From NCBI GenBank assembly GCA_028534125.1, contig CM052816.1:9178001-9242000 (forward strand): 64,000 nucleotides of DNA, in the 5' to 3' direction. A program made the translations under genes and the position numbers. This document shows, one piece after another, positions 1 through 12,009 of the stretch (the stretch's first letter is position 1; every line of letters begins with the position of its first letter). The notes under the pieces are model-generated. The model was not told where the DNA came from and did no database searches. It saw nothing but the letters and a program-made list of their open reading frames with translations. This stretch comes from Lama glama. Taxonomy: Eukaryota.

Positions 1-193
1 TGAGAGCCAGGACAGGGAGTCAGTGTCTTCTCCTAACTAATCTCAGAAGTGACATCCAACTAGTTTTGCCTGTTTTATTCATTATAAGTGAGTCGCTAGG
101 TCTAGTCCACTCAAAAAGGGAGGGAATTACCAAGGGTGTGAATACCAGGAGGTGGGGAGTCACTGGGGGCTGTTTCAGAAGCTGCCTACCACA
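1..193 (-). mobile_element. MaLR LTR fragment (MLT1F-like), truncated by window start
   Basis: Reverse complement begins TGTGGTAGGCAGCTTCTGAAACAGCCCCCAGTGACTCCCCACCTCCTGGTATTCACACCC, resembling the 5' end of MLT1-family LTRs. Confidence 0.75.
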
Positions 194-214
194 GTATCTG
201 AGTTATTTGATAAT

Positions 215-505
215 GGAATCAGGAGTTCTCTGAAGCAGAATCTCTAGGCCCAGGAGCCCTAGCTTTACCCCACTCCCCAGATGATTCTAAGGCTCACCAA
301 AGCATGAGAAGCCCTACCCGGGGACCATGGTTCTCAGAGTATGCAAAGGGATCATCTGGGGAGCTTGCTGAGAATGAACCTTCTGGTTCTTACCCCAATA
401 ATTCTGCTTCAGTAGATCTGGGAGATGTCCTAGGAACATGCATTTTGAATGCACATCTCAAGTGAGCCTGATGGAGGTGGTTCACCCTTGCTCTAAAATA
501 TGGGA
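215..505. mobile_element. Two adjacent MER5-like hAT-Charlie MITE fragments
   Basis: Motifs cagaatctct, ccccagatgattctaag...catgagaagcc and atcatctggggagcttgct...ttctgcttcagtagatctggg...catgcatttt are typical of MER5A/B. Confidence 0.65.
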
Positions 506-1049
506 ACATGCAAGAATATCTAGCCATAGGGCTCACCACCTGACACCCAACAGCTTTGATTTTACTGTCAGGCCCTCTGCCTTACTTTCGAGCTTCTTGG
601 GCCAGCCAGATGGTTGGTGGTGGGGTGGAGTGGGATGAGGGGGTAAGTTGAGTCAGCATTGCATCTTCTACTCACCAAGGTTATGTACACATCAGTATAT
701 CTTATTTTCTCTTAGTAGCTTGTTGGTTGTCAAAACACCCTAGACTCTAGAGTATTCTTCTCCAGGAAGGAAATGAAGTGACCTAGTTCACTACCAAGTA
801 AGACAGATGTGGTTTTGTTCTCACCACAAACCATAAAATCCCCAGGCGGGGAGGAGTGTTGAAGATGAGTTTGACCTCCCATGCAGAGTCCTTTCAGCCT
901 CATTCCAGGGAGACCAACAAGGGCACATGCATTCCAGAATGGTTGTGCATCTTGTATTTGAAGAAGGCTTGCTTGGCCCTGGGACCCATGCCATGAACCA
1001 TTCCCCGTTTGTCTCAGGTTACAGACCCTCTCCCTTTTCCCCACTGACC

Positions 1050-1256
1050 TATTACTCTCTTTGGCCAGATGCCAATGTCTGTCCCCCTGAGTATGGTTGC
1101 TATAACTGGTATATGCCAGTGGGCAGAGAGTACAGAAGGTCATTACTGTACTACATGTAACTATTTTAACATTGCATTAAGGTTTTTCTTCTTTCCAGCA
1201 GCTGTGTCTCACCATTGGCTCACATTGAGCTTATGATCAGTTGAGACCTCTTCTCA
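1050..1256 (-). mobile_element. L3/CR1 LINE fragment
   Basis: cagagagtacag...ttgcatta...cagcagctgtgtctcaccattggctcacattgagcttatgatcag resembles antisense L3 ORF2. Confidence 0.6.
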
Positions 1257-2119
1257 CATGAGTTTCTGTTTGATTGGATCTTTCTCAATTGTTACAAATA
1301 TAAATACACACATAAGTACATATATATATATATGTGTGTGTATGTGTATGTATTTAGGTGAAGGGCATAATAACTATCCATTTTACATTTCACTGGGAAA
1401 TTTGGTAAAATTTTCTGATACTGTGCACTTTGGTTTACCTGTAAATCTGGTAAATTTGCCTTTAACCAGGTCAATTATAAAAATGTTTAGCACATCTCCA
1501 AAGACAAGGATAAAACTATTTTTTTAAATGAGAAAAACATTGTTCTGTATCATTGCAGTGAATACATCCTGTATGCAAATTACTCTGCTGAAATAGTCTT
1601 TAAACATGTCTGAAAATCCGATTTAAAAAATGTGGTGACTATATCCCCTGGAATCATGCTGATGCTGTGTTTCATGATCCACAGAGAGTGAGTGAAATGG
1701 TGTTTGGATGTGGTCTCTGTTTAAGCAGGTTTTATTATACGTATATAGCAGCCAAAGATGAATCACTTACCCTCTTTACCCTAATCCTCCCCCACATTTA
1801 GTGGTCTGCCTGGCTCCTGGCTCCTTGCATCTAATCTAAATAAAGAACCAAGAAGGACTTACAACACTGTGGAAAACCCTGTAACATGTTTTCTCAGCTT
1901 TCAGGTATATTACTTCCTTATCCAACCGTGTTAATGCTTTGAAACCTAATATTGCTTTTATCCTTTTCTTATTTGCTCTTTCATAATTTTAAGATGTCTT
2001 TGTATTGTGTCTGTATGTGTGTGTGTGTTTGCTTGTGCTTTGTTAAGTAAAATGTAACTCATTTGATAAGTTTATCTGGGGAAGGAAGTATATAGAGGTA
2101 GAGAGTTTCGGAAATAGAG

Positions 2120-2470
2120 GGAGAAACAGTTCACCACGGGGTGAAGAGACCTGGATTTTAGTCTTAAATTTGACATTAAATTGCAATATGACTTTGGGCA
2201 AGTCACTTAACCTCTGTACACTTCACATGTCTGATCTCTAATATAGAAAGTGTGACTTCCTCTGGGTTCCTTTTCAGCAATGTTATTTCCATGCCATATG
2301 AGCAGGAAGAGAGACCTGTATCTGGGAGATGAAATCATTTATTTTTATGGCCCAGTTTTATTCTCTTGTTTTTACAGGTGAGTAAACTGAGAAGCAGAAA
2401 ATTAAATTTTCTCCTAACCACAAAGGTAGTTGTGATAAAGATCGCAGTACCCTGGATCTCATGACTCATA
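2120..2470. mobile_element. Two MIR SINE fragments (+ then -)
   Basis: tgactttgggcaagtcacttaacctct (MIR core, +) and tttacaggtgagtaaactgag (MIR core, -). Confidence 0.7.
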
Positions 2471-2516
2471 GACTTAGCTGCAGAAATGTAATTCATTCAG
2501 GGTGACTTTCACAGTT

Positions 2517-2596
2517 GTATGCATGTGTGCATGCATGTGTATATGTGTGCATGCATGGATGTATGCATGTATGCACGTGCAATGCACACATGCATT
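2517..2596. repeat. Alternating purine-pyrimidine (TGCA/TGTA)n low-complexity repeat
   Basis: gtatgcatgtgtgcatgcatgtgtatatgtgtgcatgcatg... read directly. Confidence 0.9.
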
Positions 2597-2599
2597 TAT

Positions 2600-2830
2600 C
2601 ACCATATGTGACACCTGAACAGCCACTTACCAGTTTTTTTCTAAAGGGATTTACTTCCTTTACTCATACAAATTAATTTTATAAAGGATGACTGGTCCAT
2701 GTAGAAAAAAAAGACTTTTATTGCTTTCTATAAACTGAATTTCATAAATAAAAATAAATACAGTGGATACAAAACAATGTGCTAAATTCAAGCTAGATCC
2801 TTTTGCTTATGCCAAGCGCCCAGCCTAGGC
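2600..2830. mobile_element. Old hAT-like DNA transposon fragment, probably the same family as 30165-30560
   Basis: aaaacaatgtgctaaattcaagctag is the reverse complement of a diverged ctagatgagataaatttatcacattgtttt at about 30400. Confidence 0.45.
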
Positions 2831-3019
2831 TTGATCTGGCATTATTTGAAAATAAAGAGATTAACAACTGGCAGGGAGTGTTGAAGACAGACTAATACTG
2901 TTGTTCTTGAGCAATCAGGGAAACAGAGCAAGCAACCTGAACGACAGACCTCCTCACAATGAGAGTCAGTGCTGTTCAGTGCCAAGTCTGGGCGCACTCT
3001 TCCCACTTCAGGGAAGTGG

Positions 3020-3530
3020 GGACTCAGTTGTATAAGAGGGAAGGGACAGATATAAATATGATCCAGGATGGGAAGCATTGTGAGGGGAGCTAATTACGGG
3101 GTGTAGTGAGAACTCAGGGGACATAACCCAGGCACAGGAGCGAGGACATTAGGGTGGGCTCCCTGGAGGAAGTGACATTTAAACTGAATCCTGAGAGAGG
3201 AGAGAGATCTGCTTAATTCTAATGGCAGCCTAGGGGATTGACAGACAAGGAATGTGTCAAGAGGGCCTGGTGTTTTCTGACAGCCGCAGTGAGTTGAACA
3301 AAGCTGGAGCAGAGTCAGGGAGGGAGGAAAGGGAAGTGAGAGAAAACGCTGGAGAGAGGAGCTGGAAACAGACACTGAGGGTAAGGGGGTGCCTTGAAAA
3401 GGTTATAAGCAGGAGGGAGAGGCAGGGTCAGATCTGTGCTTTGGAAAGATGAATCTGGAAGCAGCATGAAATTGGATTACAGGGCAGCAGGAGGGAAAGT
3501 GGGAGACCCATTAGGACGTGGCTATTGCAA
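3020..3530 (-). mobile_element. L2 LINE fragment
   Basis: gctccctggaggaagtgacatttaaactga...tcagatctgtgctttggaaagat...gagacccattagga is the antisense L2 3' region. Confidence 0.75.
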
Positions 3531-3531
3531 C

Positions 3532-3700
3532 AATACACTCCAGCTTTTATTTAAATTTCACCAGTTTTCCCAGTAAAGTCCTTCTTTTTTTTTGAGCCAA
3601 GATCCCAGAGTACCACATTGCATTTAGCTGTCATGTTTCCCTAGACATCTCTGGTCTGTGATAGTTTCTCAGTCTTTCCTTGTTTTTCATGATCTTGACT
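3532..3700 (-). mobile_element. Old L1 (L1MC/MD-like) 3' UTR fragment
   Basis: aaatttcaccagttttccc...accacattgcatttagctgtcatgtttcc...tttctcagtctttccttgtttttcatgatcttgac. Confidence 0.7.
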
Positions 3701-3799
3701 TCCTTCCCTTTTAATAGTTGCCACCATTGAGATGTGTGGACAGGGAAAGGAAGGAAGAATAAATTCAAGGATATGAGCTCTATACTCACCAGGCAGCAG

Positions 3800-3975
3800 T
3801 TCCTGGTGGGTGCAAAGGAGTCAGGCATACAGGTTAGCATCTGTCTTAGTAGCTGTGTGACCTTCAGCAAGTTAATTAACTTCTCTGAGTCCAGTGTTGT
3901 CAGGATTATATCAGACAGCACATGTAAAAGTTCTGAGCACACCCAGTGCCTGGCACATAGTGTAAATGCTAGATG
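3800..3975 (+). mobile_element. MIR SINE
   Basis: tagctgtgtgaccttcagcaagttaattaacttctctgag...agtgcctggcacatag. Confidence 0.8.
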
Positions 3976-5188
3976 ATCTGATAGATTTGTTTACTTTCTT
4001 TGTTTCATAGACGAGAAAATGGTTGAGGCACATCTATCTTCGGGGACAAATCTTTACCCGAAGAAGAAAGAACAAATGAGTCTGTTTTTAAAGTGAATTA
4101 ATTAAATGGCTTATGTTCTAAAGAATGCCTACTATGACCCCACCCTTTATTTATTTTAAAGTTAAGATTTAATCTTAGCTTTTTTTCATACTCAGTTTTA
4201 TTTACCACTTTGCAATTCAGTCACGTTTTGTTTCTTTCTTGGTGTAAGCCTTGAAGTTCAAAAGTGCAACCAGACTTAGCAGTTGCTGGGAATGCTGGTC
4301 CTGCATTCAAGGACACCCTGGGTCTGAAGCTGGGTGAGTGACTGGCAAGTTACTCTACACTCTTCAGCCTCAGTTTTGACTCTTCTTGGAGTTTTACTTG
4401 AGACCTCAAGTGCGGATGACTAGGTATAAGCCCTCAATTCATGGTAGCTCTCATACTGAAGCAGAACTAAGTGGAGTCTTAGGAAGCATATCTGGTTCTG
4501 GGCTCCACGTACGAAGACAGGGATGTGTGTTAGGGGTGCAGTTCTCTTGGGGCTTTTACCTCTTGGTAAGACCTCTTAATGAGGCCTACCTCTTGGGTGG
4601 GACAGCATAGATTTTTTTCCAGTCTGCACCCTTCTGCTCCCCCAACCCTAGTCAGTTATTTCAGAACTCAGGTGTGTTAGAGGATGGAGGCTGCTGGCAG
4701 TCCAGGCTCTGAGAACATGCAGTCAATTTACCTTCCTCTAAGGGGTATAGTCTGTCCAGAGAAGCAGGGACAGATGGCTGCTAGAGGCTGGGGAGGCTCT
4801 GCCCAGCTGTGACATGTGATGGGCCAGAGGTGGGGCATTGTGTGGCTGAGGCTCAGTCACAGGGCCACTCAGCTCAGTTTCCCAGGAGACTGGGCAAGGG
4901 AAGGACACTGTGCTTTCAAAATTATTTCAAAAGTGAGAACTCCAGCTCCCACTTCTAGTGCTGCCTTGGACTCACTGCCCAGGGCATCACAATAGCTCAA
5001 GGGGTGCATTCCCCCAGGTGAGCTTGTAGGCAGGGTACAGGGAGGATGGCTGCAGTTACATGGGTAAGAAGCAAGGCTTCTGCCACTCAATGGCAGAAAT
5101 CAAGAGCTCCACCAGGCGGCAGTAATGCCTCTCCTAAATAGCAGATAATTACCAAAGGATGTGTTTAAGAGCTCTGGGTCAGCCTACA

Positions 5189-5478
5189 GCAGTGGCTTTC
5201 AATTTTTTTTTTCTTCCTGTGACACACAATAAGGGATGCATTTTATGTTGTACCCCAGTATGCATACACACACACACACACACACACTCACACACACATA
5301 AACGTATACATATGTTTGACAAAATACCACTTAGTGCTTATGACATGAAACGCACTTTGAACCATTTTATTCCATCCTATTCATTATTAAAAACATTCTA
5401 TTCTAATTTATAAACATCTAGCCTATGACCTACTAAATTGATTTCCAGATTCACTAACCTGCAGTTTGAAAAGTGCTG
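5189..5478. mobile_element. hAT-Charlie MITE containing a (CA)n microsatellite (about 5266-5298)
   Basis: Inverted termini cagtggctttcaa ... ttgaaaagtgctg; the CA run is read directly. Confidence 0.6.
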
Positions 5479-5589
5479 GCCTTGGAGGGGCTCTCTGAAA
5501 AGGCACAGGAGGGCTCTGGCCTTTGTTCTTTCTTATATATCATTTGATGGGCAATTTTATTGGAACCAGAGAATGTATACCTATCAAAA

Positions 5590-5810
5590 TAAAAATAATG
5601 GTTGACATTTTTGAATGAATATTACATATGAGGCCCTGTGAAAGACCTTTCTGTGAACTCTCTCATGTAATCCAATAATGTTTGGAGGAAGATACTATTA
5701 TTGTTATCTCCACTGAGGTTCAGCAAATGGACATGGCTCACGTCCACAGTTAGTAAGTGGCTGAAGCGAGATTTGAACTCATGTCTTCCTGATGCTGGAA
5801 GCAGACTGTG
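5590..5810 (-). mobile_element. MIR SINE
   Basis: tactattatt...actgaggttcag...acagttagtaagtggctgaagcgagatttgaactc. Confidence 0.7.
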
Positions 5811-7199
5811 AAGCCATTATGTGATTTTGTGGATCTGTGTCAGGTGACACATCTCTGGGACAGGTACCATCACTAATGTGGTCATGAATAGAAGCAGGTT
5901 AAAACTTGTTTTAGCAGCCTGAAATATTAGGCTGAAATCAATGTGGTGGTTCTGGCAGGTCAAAAACTTAATTATTCTAGAACAGAATTGGAGAGAACTG
6001 ATTTTTCTAGGAGGTCTTGAGAAAAATATGGAGGTTATCACTGACCACAGTCAGATGACAGTCTAGAAGAAAGGATAAATCATCTTTCCCAAATGGAAAA
6101 TGAAAGGAGGAATAGAAAGTTTATAATGGCAAAGTGGTGATAGGTCAAAGCAAATTACAAATTAGATTTTAAAGCTTCCAGGGGGAGCACAGGGTGAATT
6201 TGCAGGAGATCCATCCCTAAACTGATAGCAGAAGACTGCGGACACCTGAGGCAGCCAGGTGGATGGCGCCTTGTGGGTCTCACTCATCATGGTACCTGTG
6301 GCTTGAATGGCAGCAGCAGAAAGGACATCACAGATGTGAGAGAATCACTTACTTTTGATATCCTGGGGAAGCTGGTGGGGATACCATCTTCCTCCAAATG
6401 TGTCTTGTGAAACAAACAGGCAGGGAGAAGCCCATGCTCATGTTGAGATGTTTGAATTCTTATGCATAAACAGGGTTAGAAACAGGGTTGTTTTTTTTTT
6501 TGTAAACTGATTCACAATATTTAAGAATGCTTATCTATTCTCTTAACCTGTTTTATTTTATTTGGAATTGCTAATTTGTACCTACTGCAAATTCTATGAA
6601 AATAATTTTTAAAATAGGCAATCTCTTCATTTCTAACCTTTGTTTCTAACCTTTCAGATCTAGAATATGATATTTAAACATGATGTGTATGACTCTCAAC
6701 TACTTTACCTTTCTGGCCTAGGCCAAATGTTATGTGTGAAGTTGACATTTTTGTTCTTGAACTTGCTTGTAAACTGAGACCTTTGTTGTTTGTTCATCTG
6801 GGGAAGTATTGGACATCTGCTTCATAGAGATGCTCATAGGAACATCCCTGACGTCTCTGCACATTGTCCCAGACAGCAGTGACACCAGCTACATCTGCTT
6901 TCCTCCCCAGGGCGCTGCCAAGGGCCAGGCTGAAGTAACAGCTGCATGGTAACCCCAGTGACCAAACAGATACTTATTCATGAAACAAACAAAACGGACT
7001 TCTGTCTGTCCTAGAACATGTAGCTTTGGGACTCTAGTGGGTGGAGGGAAGGATAGCCAAACAGAAGGATGACTTGGAGGGTTTGCAATTTTGGTTGTTT
7101 AAAGTCGTAAGGGATTATGACAGTCTGACCCTCTCCCAAGTCCTGTAGCATCCTTTTCTTTTCTTTCCTGTTATATAAAGTTTGTCTTTCTCTCTATTT

Positions 7200-7472
7200 C
7201 TTCTTGTATCCTTAGATTAGGTTCTTCTTCTTACATGTGCTTGTAGATCCCTGTATTTTTCCTTCAGGGCACTTATCACAGTTTGTAATTATATTGTCTG
7301 TGTGGCTTTAAAAAAAATTCCTGTGCACCACCTAGATCAAAAGTTTCTTAAGAGTGGGGACCTTGTCTGGGTCACTCACCTTCCTATTTCCTGAATTGTT
7401 ACCAATATCTGACACATGGTAGAATCTCAGTAAAGGTTTGGTGAATGGGTTAATAAAAATGAATGAATGAAA
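7200..7472 (+). mobile_element. L2 3' end
   Basis: gcacttatcacagtttgtaatt...ggggaccttgtct...ctgacacatggtag...(gaat)n tail. Confidence 0.75.
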
Positions 7473-7689
7473 CTTTGGATTCAGGTCGTGGCCCCTTCGT
7501 ATCATTTGTGAGGGGGAGAAAGTATTAAAACCACAATCTACCTGCTTTTTGCTCATGAGTAACATAGGGGATTAGGTGATAGGTAAGAGTATTGAGAATA
7601 ATAAGCATAATTTTCATTTGTTTAGAATGAATTGCTGTAGATGGGCTGACCTCTTCCCAGCTTTCAGAGAGGAAGCAGTTATGACCAGG

Positions 7690-9330
7690 CATAATCATGG
7701 TCTTTAACTGAGCACCTGCCCTCTTTACTAGGCACTGTGCTTAGTAATTCACCTGCAGTATATGACTGGATCCTCCAAATTACCCTACAAAGAAGGTGTT
7801 ATTTTCCCTACTTTCCAATGAAGGAATCAGGGCTCAGAGTAGTTAAGACACTTATAGAGATGCAAAACCAGTTCTGTCTGACCTGAAAATCAGTGCTTTT
7901 AATAACTATGTAATTCTGGTTTCACATTTCCTCTTTAGAACTTAGGATCTTGAAGAGAATGATTTGCCCTGTGAACATTTGATGGTTACCCTTTGTCTTA
8001 AGGAGGGGAACGACGAGAAAAGCTCGGAGCAAGAAACCTGATTTGTACCAGCAGTAATCTACCAATCATCACAGGAAATCCCTTCAGGGCTGAAGGTTCT
8101 GTGGGAGAAAGTGCACCAGGGTCAGGTGATACCTTTAGGATATTTTGTGTTCTAACTGGGAAGAGATTGTTTCAGACTCACAAATCATAAATTGGGGGTG
8201 TGGTGAAAAATGCAGGACGGAAGACCTAGTCTCTGCCTTTGAGTATCTGTTGGTCTTTTGGGAGGGGAGTGGATACCCACGTGCGTAGGAGGGAAAGTCT
8301 GAGTCAGAGGGTAGCTCCTGTGGGACAATGGAAACAAAGATGTATCCATCCATCCATCTATCCAGCCAACCAATATCAAACACCTCACACTCCAGTGAGC
8401 AAGATCGTCACAGTCCATCAATCACGAAGCCATGGGCTCCTGGGTGGACCAGGGTCCCCCCAGGGTGAACCTCTCCATCATTCTTACCATCACAGCTGAG
8501 ATTTGAGCACTTAAACTCCAGATACTGTGCTTCAGGTGTGCTTCCATTATATCACTGGCTCCTCTTACGCAGTCTCACCCCACCCAGGAAGTAACTGTGT
8601 ACTATAATTGTTCAAATAGGATGCATGAGAGAACAGGTCTAGGGAGGTTAAATGAGAGGTTAGCTTACCCAAAGTCCTGCAGATGCGAAGTGGCAGAGTG
8701 AGGAGACCAGTCTAAGCCTAGTCCATATTACGAGTACTGCGTCGGGATACAAATCTAAGCCTCGTCCATACTGCAGTTATTTCATAAAACTGAATCTAGA
8801 CGTTTGCTTAATGTCATGGAGCTTCAGATGGATTGATCTTATTTCATCCGAACATCCTACCCAGAATGAATTGTGTGTGGTACCATTGAAAACCTGCATT
8901 GTTTTATCAAAGGTAGGACCTCAGAGAAGTTTTTAAAGCTCTTGGTAAAATTAGGGTGATAACAGTATTTCTCTTGCAGGATTCTTGTAGAGATTAAATG
9001 AGTTAATATACATAAAGTGCTTCGACTGGTACCTGGTACATGTTGTATAAGTGGTGGCTGTGATTGCTGTGGTTCTATTGACAGGCATTTGAGAAGAGTG
9101 TTTTATGTGAAGAAGATAATGAATTCAGCTTGGAACATGTGGCGTGCTTTTATTTTGCATCCAACTGGATGTGAAACCAGTTTAATGTCCATACTGTCCA
9201 CTTGACATTATGGGCCATGAGGTCAGAGATTGGGTCATCCCTGTACCCACAGCACGAGGATAGTGCCTGACCCACACAAGGTATTCAATATTGATTTATT
9301 GGATAAATAAATGAATGAATAAATGAATGC
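7690..9330. mobile_element. Cluster of MIR (about 7690-7910 -, 8490-8720 -, 8940-9060 +) and L2 3' end (about 9200-9330 +) fragments with unique spacers
   Basis: MIR core words (ggctcagag, gaggttaa, agattaaatgagttaata) and L2 terminus gtgcctgacccacacaaggtattcaata...aatgaatgaat. Confidence 0.65.
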
Positions 9331-9892
9331 ATGGTTGACACTGTTTAGGGTATAAATTATACATGGATAAAACAGTGAAATAAATATGTCCCCTGAAGGA
9401 CACCAGCAGATACGAAATAGAGAGGTATGAGAGTGAGTGTGGTCTTCCTGCAGAGACTCCAAATAATGTATGGCCCCCAGGGAGAAGAGGGGTGATTCTT
9501 TTTCCAGTTCTTACATGAGCTGTCATTTCAGGGCCCTGAGATGTCCTAGGCCAGGGAGTCACAGTGTCCTGGAGTTCTCTGCCAGCTAAACTATGTTGCC
9601 AGTCCCCTTTACAAGAAAGTAAAGGACCTTTCTTCCTGTCCTTTGGCTTCAAACTGGGGTCAAAAGCCTTAGGCTGATGTGAAAATAAATAAAGACCCTG
9701 AGCAGACAAAGGCCATTCTGCTGCCAGCCCTCACTATAAACACTGCCCTTCCTTTCCTCTAGTCTGGAGCTTCCAGGTACTTCCCTGGGCCCATCATGAC
9801 CTCACTTGGCCTAACGGCCTGGTGGTTGCAGCAGATCCTGGTGGTCTTGTGGGATGAGAAGGGGGGCTTCTGAGAGAAATCAGAGGTAAGTG

Positions 9893-10742
9893 ACAGCCGA
9901 CTTTCTGAAAAAGAAAATGTGCGTGTGTGTATGCATACTAAAGGTTGTCATACATCTTGCTTTTATAAAGGATGTATGGCACACAATTTACAAATAGCAA
10001 TAAAATATCAATGATTGTACTGTAAATTTCATATAACCAATTGATTCCCAGACAATACATTCAGTGATTTATGTGGAACCTTTGTATCTAGAGCCAACCA
10101 TGGTTGCAATTGGATAACAAGATTAGTTTTGACACGAATACTCATTGATATTTTCATTAACAAGTAAGACAAAAGTGAAATAACAAAGAGGTTGGAAATC
10201 ACTCATTTGTCAACAGTGTGAGTGGCTTTTTTTTTCCTGAATTCAAAAGGCTGTTGCCTCATTTTTTGTGCTCATTACCATGGAACAGGTGTAGACTTAA
10301 TAGACATGGTTTTAAGTATAATACACATTATTAGTATCACTTTCTTAACTCTAGACAATCAGCAAAGCCATAAGTGAGGTCTTGGTTTGTAGCATTTGCA
10401 AATTTCTGTCGTATAAATACTCCAGCCTTGCTGATTTCAGGCTGCTAATGTGATGTCACTGAATATGGGTGGGGAGAGATGTGCACATCACCACAGAGTA
10501 TTTCTCCCACACAGATTTAATGAGCGTGAACAGCCTCAGTAGCAAAATCTACCAACCTATTTAGGAAGTGATGAGTTTTAAACATTACCTCTTTTTAAGA
10601 TGATATATTTAATTATAAGTTTATATTCTTTATATAATTTGACTTTTAACAATGGCTGTGCTTAACAACCAGCTCACCAAATTCCTGAAACTTAACAATT
10701 GGCTCTCAGGAGTGGGTTTGAGCCAGCTCTGGCATGCCACTG
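9893..10742 (-). mobile_element. MER63-like (hAT-Blackjack) non-autonomous DNA transposon, about 850 bp
   Basis: Reverse complement starts CAGTGGCATGCCAGAGCTGGCTCAAACCCACTCCTGAGAGCCAATTGTTAAGTTTCAGGAATTT and contains AAACTCATCACTTCCTAA and TTCAGTGACATCACATT, as in MER63 consensus. Confidence 0.8.
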
Positions 10743-12009
10743 ACCCCAGCCTTGTCAAAGAAGATAAGGTCAAGATAAGAGTGAGTGGTCACGAGGCCCA
10801 GAGATCTGGTGCAGGAGCCAGTGCCTAGCACTAGAAATAACATGAGACAAGTAACTGCTGAGACTACAAAAATGGAAGGCAAAGAGGAGAGTGACTCTTC
10901 TTGTTCAGGAAGTAAAGAAAGTTCTCCTGGAACCCTCTTGAAGGTTTGAGAAATTCTTCACTCACCTCCCTCACCCCATAACATTTACTCCCTGGTGTAA
11001 ATGTTAACTTCTTTGTTGACCTTATAGGATTAAAGCTTGCCTAGAATAATATCGTGTGTGCTAGTTGCTTGGCTTTTCAAGTGAGCTTTGCAAAGGCAGT
11101 GGTTATGTCAGTTTGTTTGCCTCATCAGAGCATCTCCTGCAAATGATTGCATCCTCAGTGAAAAAACGCGGCTGTAAGAAGTTTTGACCTCCCTGTGTTG
11201 GCACTTCCTGTTTGACCCGTGTTTTATGTGGCAGACATTTTGACCTCTGTGCTTTGGTCCTGAGGATGGTTTGCTTCCGTGCTTATAACTACAAGCATTT
11301 AAAGCACCAACATGGTTGAATTTTTGCCACGGAAGTATTTTTCTTAATTAAGTCTCATTAAGCCATTTTAGTATCAGGATCAGTGTTCAATAAGTTGCAG
11401 TGAAACCATTTCTACTTTTTGTCATTTCTCTTCTCATTTTATCAAAATCAGTTTTATAGAGATTCATGCCTTTCCATGTGAATTTTCACAAGGAAGGCTT
11501 AATTTATTGATTATGATTCATCTGTGTCAAATGTATCAAATTTTAGCTTCTGCCAGAGTGAATTTTCTGTTGCGGCTTTATTTCTACTGAGTCCAATTTC
11601 CATGGTACACATTTGGTTGATGTGAACTTTGTCGGGACAGCTTGATTCTTCTGTCAGTGTTTAGTCATCAACACATTTTGCTTTGCATAGTTTTAGCTGT
11701 TGTCAGTTTTATTTTGAACTGATTACTTCAATCAAAAGAGTGAGATACGAATGCCCAACCACCTTAAGCATCTATGGAGGCCAGGAGTGGAGCCAGGTGA
11801 AGGCAGACTGGGCCCGATCTGGATGATATGCCTTGAGCTCAGTTTTCATCCATAGCAGACAAGCAGACAGGCAGATTAGTGGTAATTATCAATGATAAGA
11901 ACCCTAAGGGAAGTGGCGAAATGCCTTTCTTTGTTAAACATGAGCTGTGCGTGTAATCCCCACAAAGGTGTCTCAACCCTGACAGGCCCTTGGTGCATGT
12001 TGGAGGGAA

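Noticed and set aside
11505..11595. Possible C/D-box snoRNA (TGATTA...CTGA)
   Set aside because: No canonical RTGATGA C box and no terminal stem.
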